Positions 28,701 through 42,589 of a DNA stretch of 64,000 nucleotides are shown here, piece by piece. The translations under genes and the position numbers were made by a program. The notes beneath the pieces are model-generated. The model made no database searches. It saw nothing but the letters and a program-made list of their open reading frames with translations, and was not told the origin of the DNA. This DNA comes from Gonapodya sp. JEL0774 (Eukaryota): positions 248,001 through 312,000 of the forward strand of contig JADIIX010000002.1 in the NCBI GenBank assembly GCA_027604505.1, given 5' to 3'. The number at the start of each line of letters is the position of its first letter. Positions within the stretch are counted from its first letter, which is position 1.

Positions 28701-31700
28701 TGTGGAGCCAGCCTGCCTCGAAGTCGGTCAAAGCCTCCAATCTATCCACAAGTTTCTTGGTTACTGCATCCAGCGCATTTCAAAGTGTATCTCTGACGAA
28801 GCAGTCTCCCTTATCAGACATTGAGGAGATTGATTTATATTCTCAAGAAGAAAAACCGTGCTTGGCCTCTGTGGAAGAGGTAGTAAGAAGCAGGGGACAG
28901 GTTATCTCTCAAACGGCTGAAGGAATTGAGGAAGATGGAAGCTTTCTTGAGCTAAAAAGTGCGTTGATGAATGCTCATCTTGTTGTCTGGGGATAACGAC
29001 CTGAACTCATTATTTCTTGATCGAACAGAAATGAATGTCTTCGCTCCAGTTTCTACAACAACAGCTAGAACTCAGAAACGGAGTACCGTTTTACTGTCGT
29101 TGATAGACGGGAACGATGAGACAGCTACAAAAGTGAAACCTGCGAGTTCATCTGCATCACAGATGCTGGAACGCAAATGTGAGGACGCACCTTCTTTCAG
29201 GGAACGGATATCAGAGGAGAACGCATCACCCCCCGAGACTCCGGCATCTCTCAAATCCTCCAGTATTGCTTTCACGTCAACGCATCTGACAGCTGCGAAG
29301 GGATTCCAACCAATCTTGAGCAGGAGAGGACTTCGCGAGATCGGAGTCAATGGGAAGGTTATCAGTCATCTTGAAGGACCCAAACTCTCCGGGCTCTCGC
29401 GAACACCATTTGTAAAGATGGGTCTCTCGAAGACTAAAAGGCCTGGGGAAGATTCTCCTCAAAATGGCTCTCTGAAGCGGGCAAGTGGTCCGCCAAACAA
29501 TCTCAGAAAAAAAGGTCTTGGGGATCTTTTCGACGACATGGCATCGCCTAATCGACTTGGTGCATTTAGTTCTCCAAAAGGTGTTGGTGACGCTCGGCCG
29601 AAAAGAGATTCCGCCAAGTTCTTACAGGAGCTGCTGGAGGATATTGGAGACGAATATGTGCCTTTGGCCCAAATCGAAATGACCATACCCGGCTTTACAT
29701 CTGCCCGAAAATTGCCTGCAGAGTCGGCTGGAACCCCCAGGCCAGGATTCCATCCCATCAACATCTCAAAATCTAATTTTCAGGATGCAAAAGTGCATGA
29801 AGATGACTCGGACGTCACAAATGAAGAGCATGGCCGAGTCGCAACCACACATCTGCCGTTCACCGGATTTGCGACTGCTCGGAAGTCGATGGAAAATACT
29901 GGTGGTTTTAAAGCACCATCGTTTAGCAGGGGGAACAGGGTACTGCAGAGCGAAACTCAACGATTCAACCCCCAATATTTTCATGACGCGCAGAACCAAC
30001 CTCCTCGTGGTCCACAAACTCAGGTGTCGGGTTTCTCGACTGCGGGAGGAAGCCCTGCTAAGCCGATTTCCTTTGAGAGTCGAAAATTTGTGGATAGCTT
30101 CTTTGGCGAGTCCGGGGAACGGACACTACGCGGATCTTCAATCATGCAGACCTCCGGAAGCTGCATGGTCCAGTTATTTTCTGAAGGAGCCGTTCCAGGT
30201 CCGCAACAGGACTGCCCGCCAGAAACAGCACTGGGCAGTTCATTTGTCACAGCTGCGGGGAGCCCTGTCCGACGTCCCTCGGAAGCTAGTCACCGTGAGA
30301 TGGTGCAATTGTTCGGCAATGGGATGTCTAAAACCTCACAACTGCCGGTTGTAGGAAGTCCCAGGAAACCTTTGCAACATCCAAGTGTTTTGGACTACGC
30401 TCCTCCCGTTAGCAGTCCCCTGAGACCCATCGATTTGAATGTAGCCAAGCCAAGCCCTTTGTCCTTGACTAGAAAGAAAGTACTGCCAGTTCCAGAAATG
30501 GAGCTAGCCATTGCGCATGTCGGGACTCTTGAAACTCGGTATGAACCGCCAGGAGACCCTGTGGAGAGCTTGTTTAGTACAGGTGGAGGCATACCCTTAA
30601 AGCGTGTATCAGATCCCCTTTGTCTGGGAGGAAACACGCTGCCCATTGAACGGCTGCCAGACCATTCATTTAGACGCGCCCGACGTCCAAAGTTCGAGTT
30701 AGCGGATGACGACCCTGTTGGAAACTCCCGCCGGCAGATTGGTCCGAGTCTGTTTGCTACTGCTGGTGGTAGTCCTGTCAAGCCGGCATTTGCCGACACG
30801 GTTCGGTCAGTTTCCGTTCTCTTAGATGGAGATAATCGCGGTAGGGGTTCTCAAACTCCATCAGCTAGGCTAAATACTTCGGCAATTTACTGTGAGTGTG
30901 ATGTTTTCATTAATTGGGATCGATTGAACTATACAACGCGTTCACTGAGGATTTTCACTGAATGACGCTGTTACCTCTCTCAAAATTGGTGATCCGTCGT
31001 CAGATCGGCGGACGTCTCGTAGATTTGTGCCTCCAACTGTAATCGATCAAAAAGCTCTCCAATTGTCGGCTGAGGTTGTTCTGAAGTCAAGTCGCAACCC
31101 ACCTCTCCCCATTTTCGATAACTCTTGTGAGCGGTGGCTTCTTTTGATGCCTGGGTTCCAAGTACCTGAACTGATAATGTTTCATGATTCCAGTTGATCC
31201 GAAACGCTCCACGATCCGTGAACAATTCGGACTTCCTTGTCCGTACAGCGGGGACGCGCTCTTGGCGAGTGGATTGTGAGTATGTTGCACTCGCACCATA
31301 TGCAGTTATCTAACACTCGCCGCACCCTCAGACCATGGGATCTATGTTGCCTTACTTCAGAGTCCGCTTCTGGAACACGATACGAAACCGCGTCTGGCCA
31401 ACTCTGGGGTGTTAAGGAGGCGCATCGTGCCCTCCTGGAAGCGGGTGCTCTCGAGACTGTGGCAACACTGCGTTGGGTTAGGAACCATTACCGCTGGATT
31501 ACTTGGAAGTTAGCTTCAATTGTCAGAAGTTATCATCAAGAACATCCTGATGTTTTTCTTCGATATTGGTCTGAGAACATGGTGCTGGATCAACTCAAAT
31601 ACCGGTGAGTAAACTCTGTGAAAGTATGGTCGTACATTACCAGGTCACCATGGTTAACCGGCAGGTATGAGCTTGAAGTGAATCAATGCAAGCGGTCTGC

Positions 31701-34153
31701 TTTGAAGCTTATAATCGAAGGAGACGATTCCTCAACAAGGCATATGGTACTCTGTGTTTCACGCATTATCGTCTCAACGAGCGTGGCAATCTCAGATAAA
31801 AAGAATGGTAAATTTTATGATGGATCAGGTGGTCGTAGTGAAAGTTCTTCACATCAGCGTCTTTGCAGAGGCATCTTTGACTGAATTGAAGCTGGAGCTC
31901 ACAGATGGGTGGTATGCCATATCTGCAACTTTGGATGGCCCACTGACCCTAGCAGTTCAGAGAGGCAGAATTTTCGTTGGTCAGAAGCTTGTCATTGCTG
32001 GCGCACATGTGAGTTTATAATATATGTACTCCGTTGGGAGCAAGTATTTACCATTCTTGAGTCCATAGATGACTACCAAAGAAGCTAAAGCAGCTTTAGA
32101 TGTTTCTGACGACATGTCCCTCAAACTGCAGGCCAACAGCACACGTCGCGCCCGATGGGATGCCAAATTGGGTCTACAGAAAAGTCCGTCCATGCTTACT
32201 TCAGCAAGGCTCGCACATCCGCAAGGCGGATTCATTTCGTCCATTGATGTGGTGATACTTCGCAAATACCCATTGCTGTTCATGGAAAAGTGCACGGATG
32301 GAGGTGGCGGTGGCGAGCGAACTTTGATACGAAATGAAGAGGACGAAGAAGACGAGCAAAGAAGATTCGAGGTAAATTGTCCGTTCATTCACATTCCCTA
32401 ATCGAGATGAACTTCTGTCTCACTTCCAGCAAACGAGTAAAATCGCAGTGGAAAGAGCTATCGCTGCAGTGGAAGAGGCCGAACGTTCAGAAGGTCAAGT
32501 CAATCGGCGAGCCTCAAAAGTTGTTGCTCTGATACAAAAACGTTGGTGTAGCTATCCTGAGAATTCCCAGAAAGTGTTGGCAAAATCCTCATTCAAACTT
32601 TTGTCGCAGCCCTCACCTCCATTGATGACCCCGAGGAACTGTTTGAAGAGATGCAGAAATCTGCCGACGATGCGTCATTTTTCCAAAAACTGTCTCATTC
32701 TCAGCAAATTTCGCTCGACCAATATCGAGAATGTCGGGCTGCCGAGCTTCGCACCCGCCGCGAGCAGGAAATCGCTGAGAAAGTTCGCGAGTTTGCACCC
32801 GAGCGCAAAGTAACACCGCTGCTCAAGTTGCGCGTAGTTGATTATCGCCGTCCAACCATCGCGGGTGGGATCAGGCAAGAGGTTCTGCTAACATATTGGC
32901 GACCAGACCACGAAATGGTTCGCCAGATTCAGGAAGGACGGCGGTATAGGGTGAGTTCTCTCCCCAAAGCGCGAGTGCGCAATTCTGAGGGCATCATCCG
33001 AATACAGTTTACAGGCTTGCGGCCATCGAAATTTAGCAAAAATAGGATGCCCAACCTGGATGCATCACGCGAATCCCGGATCTCGCCTGAACTCCCCATA
33101 TCTCAAATTCGGCTCGAAGAACTTGGATTCGCTCCCCGTAAGTGGCGCTCTTGCGATGACATTGACGATCTCAATTATCGTGATGAGGCAGATATTGTTG
33201 GAATCTTCGCTGGTACGAATCTTTTGTTCAAGGACGCTATTGCACTTTCTCATTAGTGCTAACCGACCGTTCTGCAGGTATGAGTTTAAATGCGGGTGGA
33301 AACGAATGCCTCTTCCTCTTGACGGATAGCACTGCCAAATTTGTGACTGTTGTTACGTATATAAACAGGAGTATTGAGCGGCTGTCGCAAATTGAGTTGG
33401 TGAGATCCGTTATTTCAGAACATCCATACACATTTCTTATTCCCTACACACGCAGGGCACACTTATTGCGTTGAGGAATCTGAAATTTCTGGGCCACTAT
33501 GGTGGCAAAGCGCAGCTCAAATTTGAGGACTTTTCAGAATTGAAAACAAGCCCTACGCCGGATTTACGTGAACGGTTTGGAGAGCTAGACAGGTGGAAGA
33601 AGAGGCAAGTTGTTGTCCAGAAACCATCCCGTGGAGCTCTAAGTAACGCGATCCGCTCATCCTCCTCAGCGACGTGCAGGGTTGGGACGACCTCCGTCAG
33701 GATGCGGTCGGCAAATTGAAGACTTTATCGGATAATGGCACCAGAGTCGGTTCTATTGGACCCCGCGACGATCTGTCGTGCAAGAATATCAGTCAGCAAC
33801 CCTCCACTAATGACCAGTCATATGATAATGCTCTTGGTGTTGGCTACTACAATTTGGGTGGAGCAAGCGTTAGCGACATGGCAAAGGGAATCTTCGCAAC
33901 CACAACAAATGCAAGTGGGCCAGATGCCGCAAGAGCAGCCAAACACGATGTTGTAGACGAGATGGATGATACCTTTGTATTGGACAACTTTGGACCAGAC
34001 GACGAGGTTGAAAACGTGCTGTTGTTCCACAATATTGATGAGCCGACAGTGACGACTCCGGTGAGGTCTAGTGGGATGGACGACGTATTCGACGGCTCTT
34101 TCGACGAGGTTTTGGGGATGCTAAACACGCAGAACGGATACGGATACCTGTGA
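25785..34153 (+). CDS. BRCA2: BRCA2/Brh2 homolog: long disordered N-terminus, BRC repeats, helical domain, OB folds with tower
   Basis: Phase-compatible introns 26601-26661, 27860-27919, 28553-28625 and 28959-29028 link the upstream ORFs. BRC-like FxTAxG repeats. WVRNHYRWITWKLAS, QLKYR|YELE, RSALKLIIEGDD...MVLCVS, ELTDGWYAI, LQANSTRRARWDAKLG, VILRKYPLLFME, RKVTPLLKLRVVD, LTYWRP. Confidence 0.9.
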
Positions 34154-34362
34154 AAGTGCCCGACGACAAAGAAATGTAATGATACCGAAGATAGATGAAC
34201 CTATGCAATTCCCACATAACAAGTTCGAGTGTCAAACAGCGTATAAACCACTTGACAAGATTGTGAATTCTTTCAGACTGCGTATGCGGTTTATGTAGCG
34301 TGTAAATACATCATGTGATGGTTTCAGTGCGGAACAATGGCAAAGCGGTGCGGAGACCGGAA

Positions 34363-35461
34363 TTACAAAACTCGAGTCTGTTCATGTAACGGCCGTAGCG
34401 GAGTCTGTTGCGATTGGATGGGGGAGGACACGGATTTCAAGCTGATGGGATGCGGGATTCAGTAGTGAGACACATGTGAGACATTGTCAAGCACAAATAT
34501 GAGTCTCAGTGAGTTTCCGGGTTTGACGAAGAGCCACAAAGTAGATCCCATAGCATAAGATTGTGGGTTCATCACCAGCGTGGTGAGTGATGCACTGAAG
34601 CTAGGCGGGCAGAGTAGCTCACCGTCGCCAGAATTACTTGCATGACAGAACACTTTCTGATCTTCGCATTTCAGTACGCATGTCTCCATTGAACCACGGA
34701 AATCGACGGTGTCGAGCGGCCCCAGTAGTACTCACAAACAGGTACGCGCTCTCGCTAAGTCTCCTAAGCTGCAGTCCGTATCGTGGTTCCCACACAGTTT
34801 CTGACTGGTTTATCAGCCAGTCATCCAAGTTTTCCAACGCCAGTGCAAGCCGTCGCGTCGAGGTTGGCCTTTCAAACCACCTAGCAACAACTGGACGATA
34901 CGATTTCTCCTTGTCGGAGTACAGCGCAGTGAAAGAGGTGCCTGCTGGAGGAGCGGAGTCGTCAGCAAGACCAGCAAAGCCTTTTTCAACGCGATGGTCC
35001 GGCTCGAGGGACGAGGGTGACGAGGTATGGAGGGAGGAACTCGAACGGGGGGGTTGTGGGTCGTCATTGCTATCGGAGGAGGATGAGAGAAGCAGCTGGG
35101 TCGGTACCGAGATTGCAAGAGGTGCAGTGACAACTGGCGGATTCGTGTGCGGACGAGGTTTTCCGTCAGGTCCACGAATGAATTCGGGCAGGTCGGCGAT
35201 GTAAAGCGTCAAACAACTCAGAAAGGTATCGAGAACCGAGTACCACGACACGGCGTCCTCCATTACGATAACGCGGTTGATATGCGTAATCAGCCGATCG
35301 AATTCGGCTGCCAAAAGTGGACCGTGGGACTCCAGATCACGGGGAAGTTCGTATGGGAACTGAATCTGGTCCCGGCCGGATGAATAGTCCCGAAGAACAC
35401 GCAGGCACTTAATACGCGCACGTGAAATCGGCGTGGACGCTGCCGCCGTAATTGCCGCCAT
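34363..35461 (-). CDS. ERF4: ERF4/Golgin A7 family palmitoyltransferase accessory subunit
   Basis: RVLRDYSSG..IQF..ELPRDL...AEFDRLITHIN, LDTFLSCLTLY, LDDWLINQSETVWEPRYGL...SAYLF|LEI. The last exon follows intron 34442-34735. Confidence 0.75.
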
Positions 35462-35558
35462 CGAGTAAAATCAGTTGCAAAGTGGTGAACAGCAGTCTGG
35501 CATCATCACCGGCTAATTGGGTTGGACCGCGAACTTCGTCAATTCATTTTCAAAATCA

Positions 35559-38054
35559 ATGAAGCGGCTGCGTCGAAAGTCCGCATTGGCGGCATCGGCG
35601 CTCCTCTACATTTTCCATGCGTTTTTCGCTTCAGCATCCGTGTTCGCGGACGAGTCGTCGGGAGCAACGCATCCTGTTCTGGAACCCACTCTCCCGGCCA
35701 GTGGCGTACGACACTACGAGGGACCTTTGCCTCCATCATTTCAATCAGCTCACGGCCGCTCGATTCCCGAGCTGGGTAGTGGCTCGAGGAACGTGGGCAA
35801 GCGTTCAGCCGGAACGCTGCCAATGGATGCTCCACTGATTCCCACTTTGCCCTCGTTTAAACGGGTGCTTTCTGAAGTGCATTCAACTGATGGAAGTGAT
35901 GACGATGATAGCTTGAAGGTGAGCCATTGAGAAAGGTGTCCCAGGTGGTTACTTCTTATTGCCGTTACTCATTGCTTGATACTTTACGTGCCACCATGTG
36001 GGCACAAAATACACCGTTTCTTGCTGCGCAAAGATATCTCCTGTGACCTCGGCCGTGGCGTTGGTGTGCACCTTGTTTGCCTGTACCGTAACGCTTGTCT
36101 CCATGTGGCATCACCTGAAAAATTATCGGCGACCGGACTGCCAAAGACTCATCATCAGAATTTTCTGGATGTGCGTATTCTCGCTTAAGGTTCTGGGGAG
36201 CTTTCATAGTTTTGGAACAGCGTATGGTGGAGCGATGTGTGACGAATCGCCTGGACGTGAACTTGGGGTCGTATCTTCGAATAATGTTCTGTGCAATTAG
36301 AACTTTCCCAAGACTTTCATTACTCTATCCATAGGGTCCCCGTTTATTCCATCTCCTCTTATATATCCCTCCACTCTTGGTATTGGGCATCCTACATCGA
36401 CACTGTGCGGGATGTTTACGAAGCATTCGTCATCTACACATTTTTTTCTCTTTGTGTCAATTATCTTGGTGGCGAGCGGGACCTCCTCATCGAACATCTC
36501 CGCGGCCGACCCAAGACACCACACACATGGCCCCTCAACTACTTCCTCCGCCCCATGGACGTTTCCGACCCACAGGTGTTCCTACTTCTCCGGAGAATGA
36601 TTCTTCAATTTGTGATTGTGAAACCAGTTGTCGGTATACTCACGCTCATGCTTAAGCTGGCGGGCTGGTACTACGAAGGATGGATCGCACTGGGTTCGGC
36701 GTACCTCTACATCTCACTCGCGTATAACGTGAGCGTATCGCTCAGTATGTACGGACTTGTTATCTTCTATCTCACTTGCCACGATGATTTGGCGCAGTTC
36801 AGGTGAGAGCACGTGCCATCAAACGTATTAAGCAAAATGAAAGCATTACTCAGATTTTCGGTCTTCTTCGGGAACCCCACGACCCCATAGACCGCTTCCC
36901 AAGTTCCTGGTTGTCAAGGCGATTATCTTTTTCTCCTTTTGGCAGTCATTCGTGATATCTATCCTAGTATGGTCGGGAGCCATCCGCCATCGTAAGCATA
37001 GCGTCTCGAAATCCTCATCACTTCCCCCTTTCATTTGCCATTTCGTTCCATATATTTAACAGAGGGAAGTTACAGCGCCGAGAATGTTGCCACAAGCATC
37101 CAGGATTTTCTCATATGCTTGGAGTCGGTCTTCTTTGCAATGGGGCACTACTACGCTTTCCCACCAACGGACTATGATCCAGACTTCACCCCTTCGGCAC
37201 CTCGTCTGTGTGCACGCGTTCCACTGTGGTATGCATTCCGTGATGCGATAGGTGTTCGCGATTTCGTAAACGACGCGTGGCACACACTCAAAGGGACAAC
37301 TTTCGGCTCATATGAGCGGCGCGACGACATATTTTGGGTTCGGGACGGGAACGGTCTGCACCCCAACCACGGTTCCGCATGGAATGTCTTTGCCAGCAAC
37401 GCGAATGGAGGGTATCAACGGGTCGGCACAAATGACGACGAAGAGTCGGGACCTCGATGGGCCCGCAGCATGCATGGCGCCCTACGAGGATCTCGTTCGT
37501 CCGTTCGTGGTACAGGAGACGATGATCATGATTTCGCGGCTCGACACGCACGTGAACCGACGGATACTCCCGCTGATGGTGCAGGGCCGGAGACGGTAGA
37601 CTTTCCGAGTCCCCACGACGCTAGCGAAAGGGACGTTGAGGACTTGTATCTACGGTCACGGAGGACGCTATTCGGCGACTATAATTACCCAGCACTTGGA
37701 GGGCCGGCGCCGCAACTAAACCTTGTCCCCGACTACGGCACCGCTGTGATAGGAGCGAGTGGACCGGCGAAGCCGACAGCATCTGCATGGCGAGGAGGCT
37801 CGTCACCGAATGGTGGTGCTGTTCGTTTGACAGTCGGGGACAACGACGAACCTAATGGAGATTTGAGCACCATTGCCACACACCGATCTCGCAGTGGTTC
37901 ACCTAGCATCGGAAGACAGAAGTCAGGTGCCCACTTGGTTGCAGCGGGAATAGGAGGTCACTCCAGTGACGCCGGACAGGACCTTTCACAACAGCTGGGA
38001 GAGACAACTCCACTCATTTTCGGACGCGATTCACCGTATGACAGCAGACAGTAG
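35559..38054 (+). CDS. TMEM184 / organic solute transporter alpha family membrane protein
   Basis: HLKNYRRPDCQRLIIRIFWM|VPVYS, DTVRDVYEAFVIYTFF...YLGGE, ILQFVIVKP, YNVSVSLSMYGL, PLPKFLVVKAIIFFSFWQ, IQDFLICLE. Confidence 0.9.
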
Positions 38055-38158
38055 GTTAATCGCTGTATTTGAATCAATTATAGAAATAGTAACGCCAGTT
38101 TTCAATGAAATCATGCATTGTTTCATTCTGACATTCAACAAAAATTATTTATGTATTT

Positions 38159-41100
38159 TTACGTTTGTACAAAGAGCCTTGGAGCCAGGTTGAGCGCCAT
38201 GAGTTCTTGAAACAAGAGCTTGGCGGCATACTGGACCCAAGATATTTGCAGTTGAGCTGGAGATGCGACGACATGGAATTGCTCTGCAAAAACTCACCGG
38301 AATCCAGACTTGGCTGATTTGAGTGCGGTTGGAGCAAATTTTGCAGTAATACTCCTTTCGCTTGATGTTAGCCACTGCCATCAATCCACACAGGTCGCAC
38401 ACGTGTATCCGGTATGCATCAGACACGTCAAAGAGTCTCTCTTTCAAGAACTGTGCTGCACCATGGGAAATCATGCAGTCGCGCTCCATCTCTCCGAAAC
38501 GCAAACCACCGTCTCTAGAGCGGCCCTCGACTGGCTGACGAGTAAGAATTTGGAGCGGGCCATGAGCGCGGGCATGGATTTTGTCGTCCACCATATGTTT
38601 GAGACGTTGGTAGTATGTCGGACCAAAAAACACTTGAGCCTGCAGCTTTCGGCCGGTGTGCCCATTATAGAGAACCTGATAGAAGAAAGTATGCAATACA
38701 TGAAACAAATCAACCAACGATGCCCTTTAAATCTTACCTCGTAACCTCTTTGTTGGTACCCCAACCCTTTCAAAGCACTCGAAATAGCACCAACAGTTGT
38801 GTCCATAAACGGCGTGGCATCACCTTCCTCTCCAGCCAGAGCCGACACCTTCCCCAGCAAGCACTCAACCAAGTGACCGATAGTCATCCGAGAAGGGATG
38901 GCGTGCGGATTGATGATGATATCAGGGCAAATGCCCTCAGCAGTGAAGGGCATGTCCTCGTGTCGGTATGTGATTCCGACAGTTCCCTTTTGTCCATGCC
39001 GAGAAGCAAACTTGTCACCCATCTGGGGGACCCTCGTCGACCGAATGCGAATTTTAACCATATTTTGTCCCTGAGAATCGGTGGAGAGCATAACTTGGTC
39101 AACGATTCCGGTCTCAGAGCCCCTCATGAAAGTACTCGAGTCCTTTTTATCGTGACGAGCAGTTCTTGCTCCGAGCTCTTCCGAGTGCTTCGGAAGTGGA
39201 ACTGTCTTGCCGATCAAGAGGTCTCCATCACTAACACGAGTCCCCGGTGCAACAAAACCGTCGTCCTCAAGAATATCATACGAGGTTGCCCTCATTTTGA
39301 TCGTGGTATCACGGTTGGGCTTCTCAAACGATTCCTGTTGTTGGATTCCCAGTTTCTTCTCACTGTCCATATGTGTCCGATAGTAGAGGGATCGGAAGAG
39401 TCCACGATCGATTGCACTCTGATTCATGATAACGGAGTCTTCCTGGTTGTAACCCGAATAGCAAAGAACTTTGAGAGAGTCAGAAGCATAGCAACGAGTG
39501 TTCAAAGCAAAAGAAGAAAGTCCCAGTACTCACTTGCAACGATTGCATTTTGGCCAGCCGGGAGATCGCGGAAGTGAAGATGTTCCATCGCACGCGTTGT
39601 TACCAAAGGCTTTTGGGGGTAGTAAAGGATATTAGACATCGTGTCCATGCGGAGCTGGAAGTTTGTCAGGAAGACACCCATGGCCTGTTTGCCCATTGCG
39701 GACTGATAGGTGTTACGGGGAGACTAACGGCAACAATATTGGATTGATAAACGCAAAGGCAGTGACAGAGCAGCACCACATGAATAGTATTTACCTGATT
39801 GTGGTCTGGGAATGGAATGATGCTTGCGCATATGCCCAGAATCATACTAGGGTGAATCTCAGCATGCGTCCAGTACCGCGTTAACACGGTCCCTCCCCTA
39901 AGACGTTCCGTTACGCCCCCATCAGCCCTCTGTTCTGGCATCCCACCTTGAACGATAGCTTGCGACTCCTTCAAATCTTCTAGCGACATTGCAATCATCG
40001 CCGTCTCCTCTTCGTCAGTGTCCACGTATTCGACCAGCCCGTTGGACACAAGATCGCTCCATTTCCACTCTTTCATCTGAAGTTTAGCAATGTGGCCTTT
40101 CCGAATGACCAGCTCCATATCTTGAACAACGAAGAGTGGCCGACAGATCCGGCCTGCGTCGCTGTAAAACCTTAACTCCTTCTCCCGGATATCCCAGACT
40201 GCGGAAACCTCAGCCGAGATGGTAATACGCCGACGGCACTCGCGGAAAGTGCGAATCAGTTCTTCGGGATTCCGGTGAATACCAACCCAGACTCCGTTCA
40301 AGAACACTTTGGTTGAATCTCGAATGTCTCCACTCCCCAGCTCCGCCATGTCCTCAAGTGTCCATTCTTGCAAAAAAGTCACCACCGGCTCTGCTGGAGA
40401 CCCGACCGAAATGTAGGCCATCAAAGCAAGGTTCTTGACAAGACCACATGCCTGTCCCTCGGGAGTCTCGGCAGGACACACCATCCCCCAGTGCGTGTTG
40501 TGCAGTTGACGTGGCTTAGCAAGCTTGCCTGGTGGCGGCGTTCAAAGTAGGTACATAGACGCGGAATACGACGTCCCGTCATACTATTTGAAGCACCAAA
40601 GCTCACCTTCTCTTCCAATGGGAGAGTTCAGCCGTCGAAGATGACTCAAAGTACTTGCGTAAGTGTAACGGTTAAGCACCTGACTAACACCAGCCCGACT
40701 TTGCATCATCTTGCGCTGCTCTCCCCAATTCCCGGTAGCTAGTGAGAACTGGAGACCGCGAGTGATAATCTGATGCTGAACTGCAGACACCATGTTGAAC
40801 TCTCGGTGGCTTTCGACAGACTTGATGGGAGCAAAAGCGCGGATTCAAAATGCTTCTTGAAGAGACGCAGTCCAACAAAACAAGGGGTTACACACCTTGC
40901 GAAGCGCACGAGAGATATCTTGTGTAAGTCTGCGGAACAACTGCCTGAACAAATTTGCCATGAGAGGTCCAGCAAGATCTAATCGCTTCTTTCCGAAATG
41001 ATCCCGATCATCAGGCTCTCTGCGCTCTAGAGCGCACAAAAGAAGGCGGTGAATCATGTATCCAATGAACCAAGCTTTACGGGCTTCCGTCTTCGGGTTA

Positions 41101-42589
41101 ATCCCAATATGGGGAAGCAGCTCTTTCTGCAAAATCTGTGCAGCAAAGCTATTGGCGAAATCATTAGCTCAAAGTGCCAGAAGGTTCGACTTGGGTGGAG
41201 ATTTACCCTATTCGCTTCTCCCGAGTCAACCCCATCGTTTGTGCCCTCTTTCCAATAAAATCCAGTGCCGTTTCCCTCTCCTGCATTTCATTTCCTTCTT
41301 CAATACTCGGTCGAAGCATTTCTAGCATCTGCGAGTCATTGAAATCATAGCAAACATGTTCGAGGAAATCGCGGTCAGAGAGGACACCCAGAGCACGAAA
41401 GAGAACCACCACAGGAATATCAGCTTTGATTAGAGGCACGGTCGAGTACAGATTCATTTGCCCTGTGGTGGACTGCACGGCATGGGAAGAGTGAGGTCTT
41501 CTAAAGTTGCGAATCCAATGCGAAGATCGAGTACCGTTCCTCACCCTCTTTCTCGGCATCCGTTTAATGGCACAAACACTGGACTTTCTAAGGCCTTTCT
41601 CCATCTGAGAACGAATCTCAGCCTGAATTGAGACACCCCCAGGTTTGTTCGATGTGAAGACGTAGACCTGATTAGAACCCATGCGCTCCTGGGCGATGAT
41701 GACTTTCTCAGAGCCGTTGATGACAAAATATCCACCCTAAACACCGTCGAATGTTGAAAGTTAGGGGATACGATCGTTTTAAGGCCTTGACGACTCCAAA
41801 ATCCACTATTGTTGTCATCCACGACCCCCCCACTCATAATTTCCCCAGATAGCTAATGAAGAAATCCTTTCGCTGCTATGAGAGCTCGCATCAACAATTT
41901 CAGACTCACTTGATCGTACGAACATTCTCCCGCGGCAAACATCTCCTCAGTACTCAAACCTTTAAGCAGGCAGTACTTGCTTTGGAGCATGATAGGCACC
42001 CTACCCACAAAGATTTTCTGCCAAGAACCTTCGGTAGGATCATCTCCAACCTTTTGCTGCCAAACTTTGCTTCCTGTATCGTCCTCTCGTTGAATGTGAA
42101 CACGTTGTCGCATATCCACATAAAGCATGGACGCATAAGTAAGGTTACGTAGACGAGCTTGATGCGGAAAAAGTTGCTCTGTCGCCCCTCCTTCCGTGAT
42201 AGCTGGTCTGGAGAGGTAGATTTGCCCAAACTGAATGGACCAACGTTTCTGCAAGAGTTTTGATAAGGGGAATGATAAACGCCTGTGAGCGTTACCTCCC
42301 TCAAGAAAACAGCGAGCACTCCCTCTTCCAGCTCTAGATTAGCGGGGAGGAGCGCACGACTTACCGCCAAGTCTCCCTCTTCGTAGTCCTCGTCCGTTTC
42401 AGTCAAATCCTTTACGAGTGTGACTGCCAGCGCCTCCAGAACAATCTCTTGCATTGTATTCTCGACAAAGGCGTCGAATGAGTCCAGCTGCTGCCTCACC
42501 AGCCCCTTGTCAGCGAAGAAGCTCGTCACAACCTCCCAGCAGTCGTCCGCCCCAATGGCCTCATTGTCGTCGATCACATCGTAGTCCAT
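38159..42589 (-). CDS. RPB2: RNA polymerase II second-largest subunit
   Basis: [109 protein letters not shown] and a zinc-binding C-terminus. Confidence 0.98.

Noticed and set aside
25785..28996. Separate genes for ORFs 25674, 26641, 28033 and 28685
   Set aside because: They are linked by phase-compatible GT-AG introns into the BRCA2 N-terminus.
38615..39577. 320-aa ORF on the + strand
   Set aside because: Antisense shadow of a conserved RPB2 exon, with no recognisable motifs.
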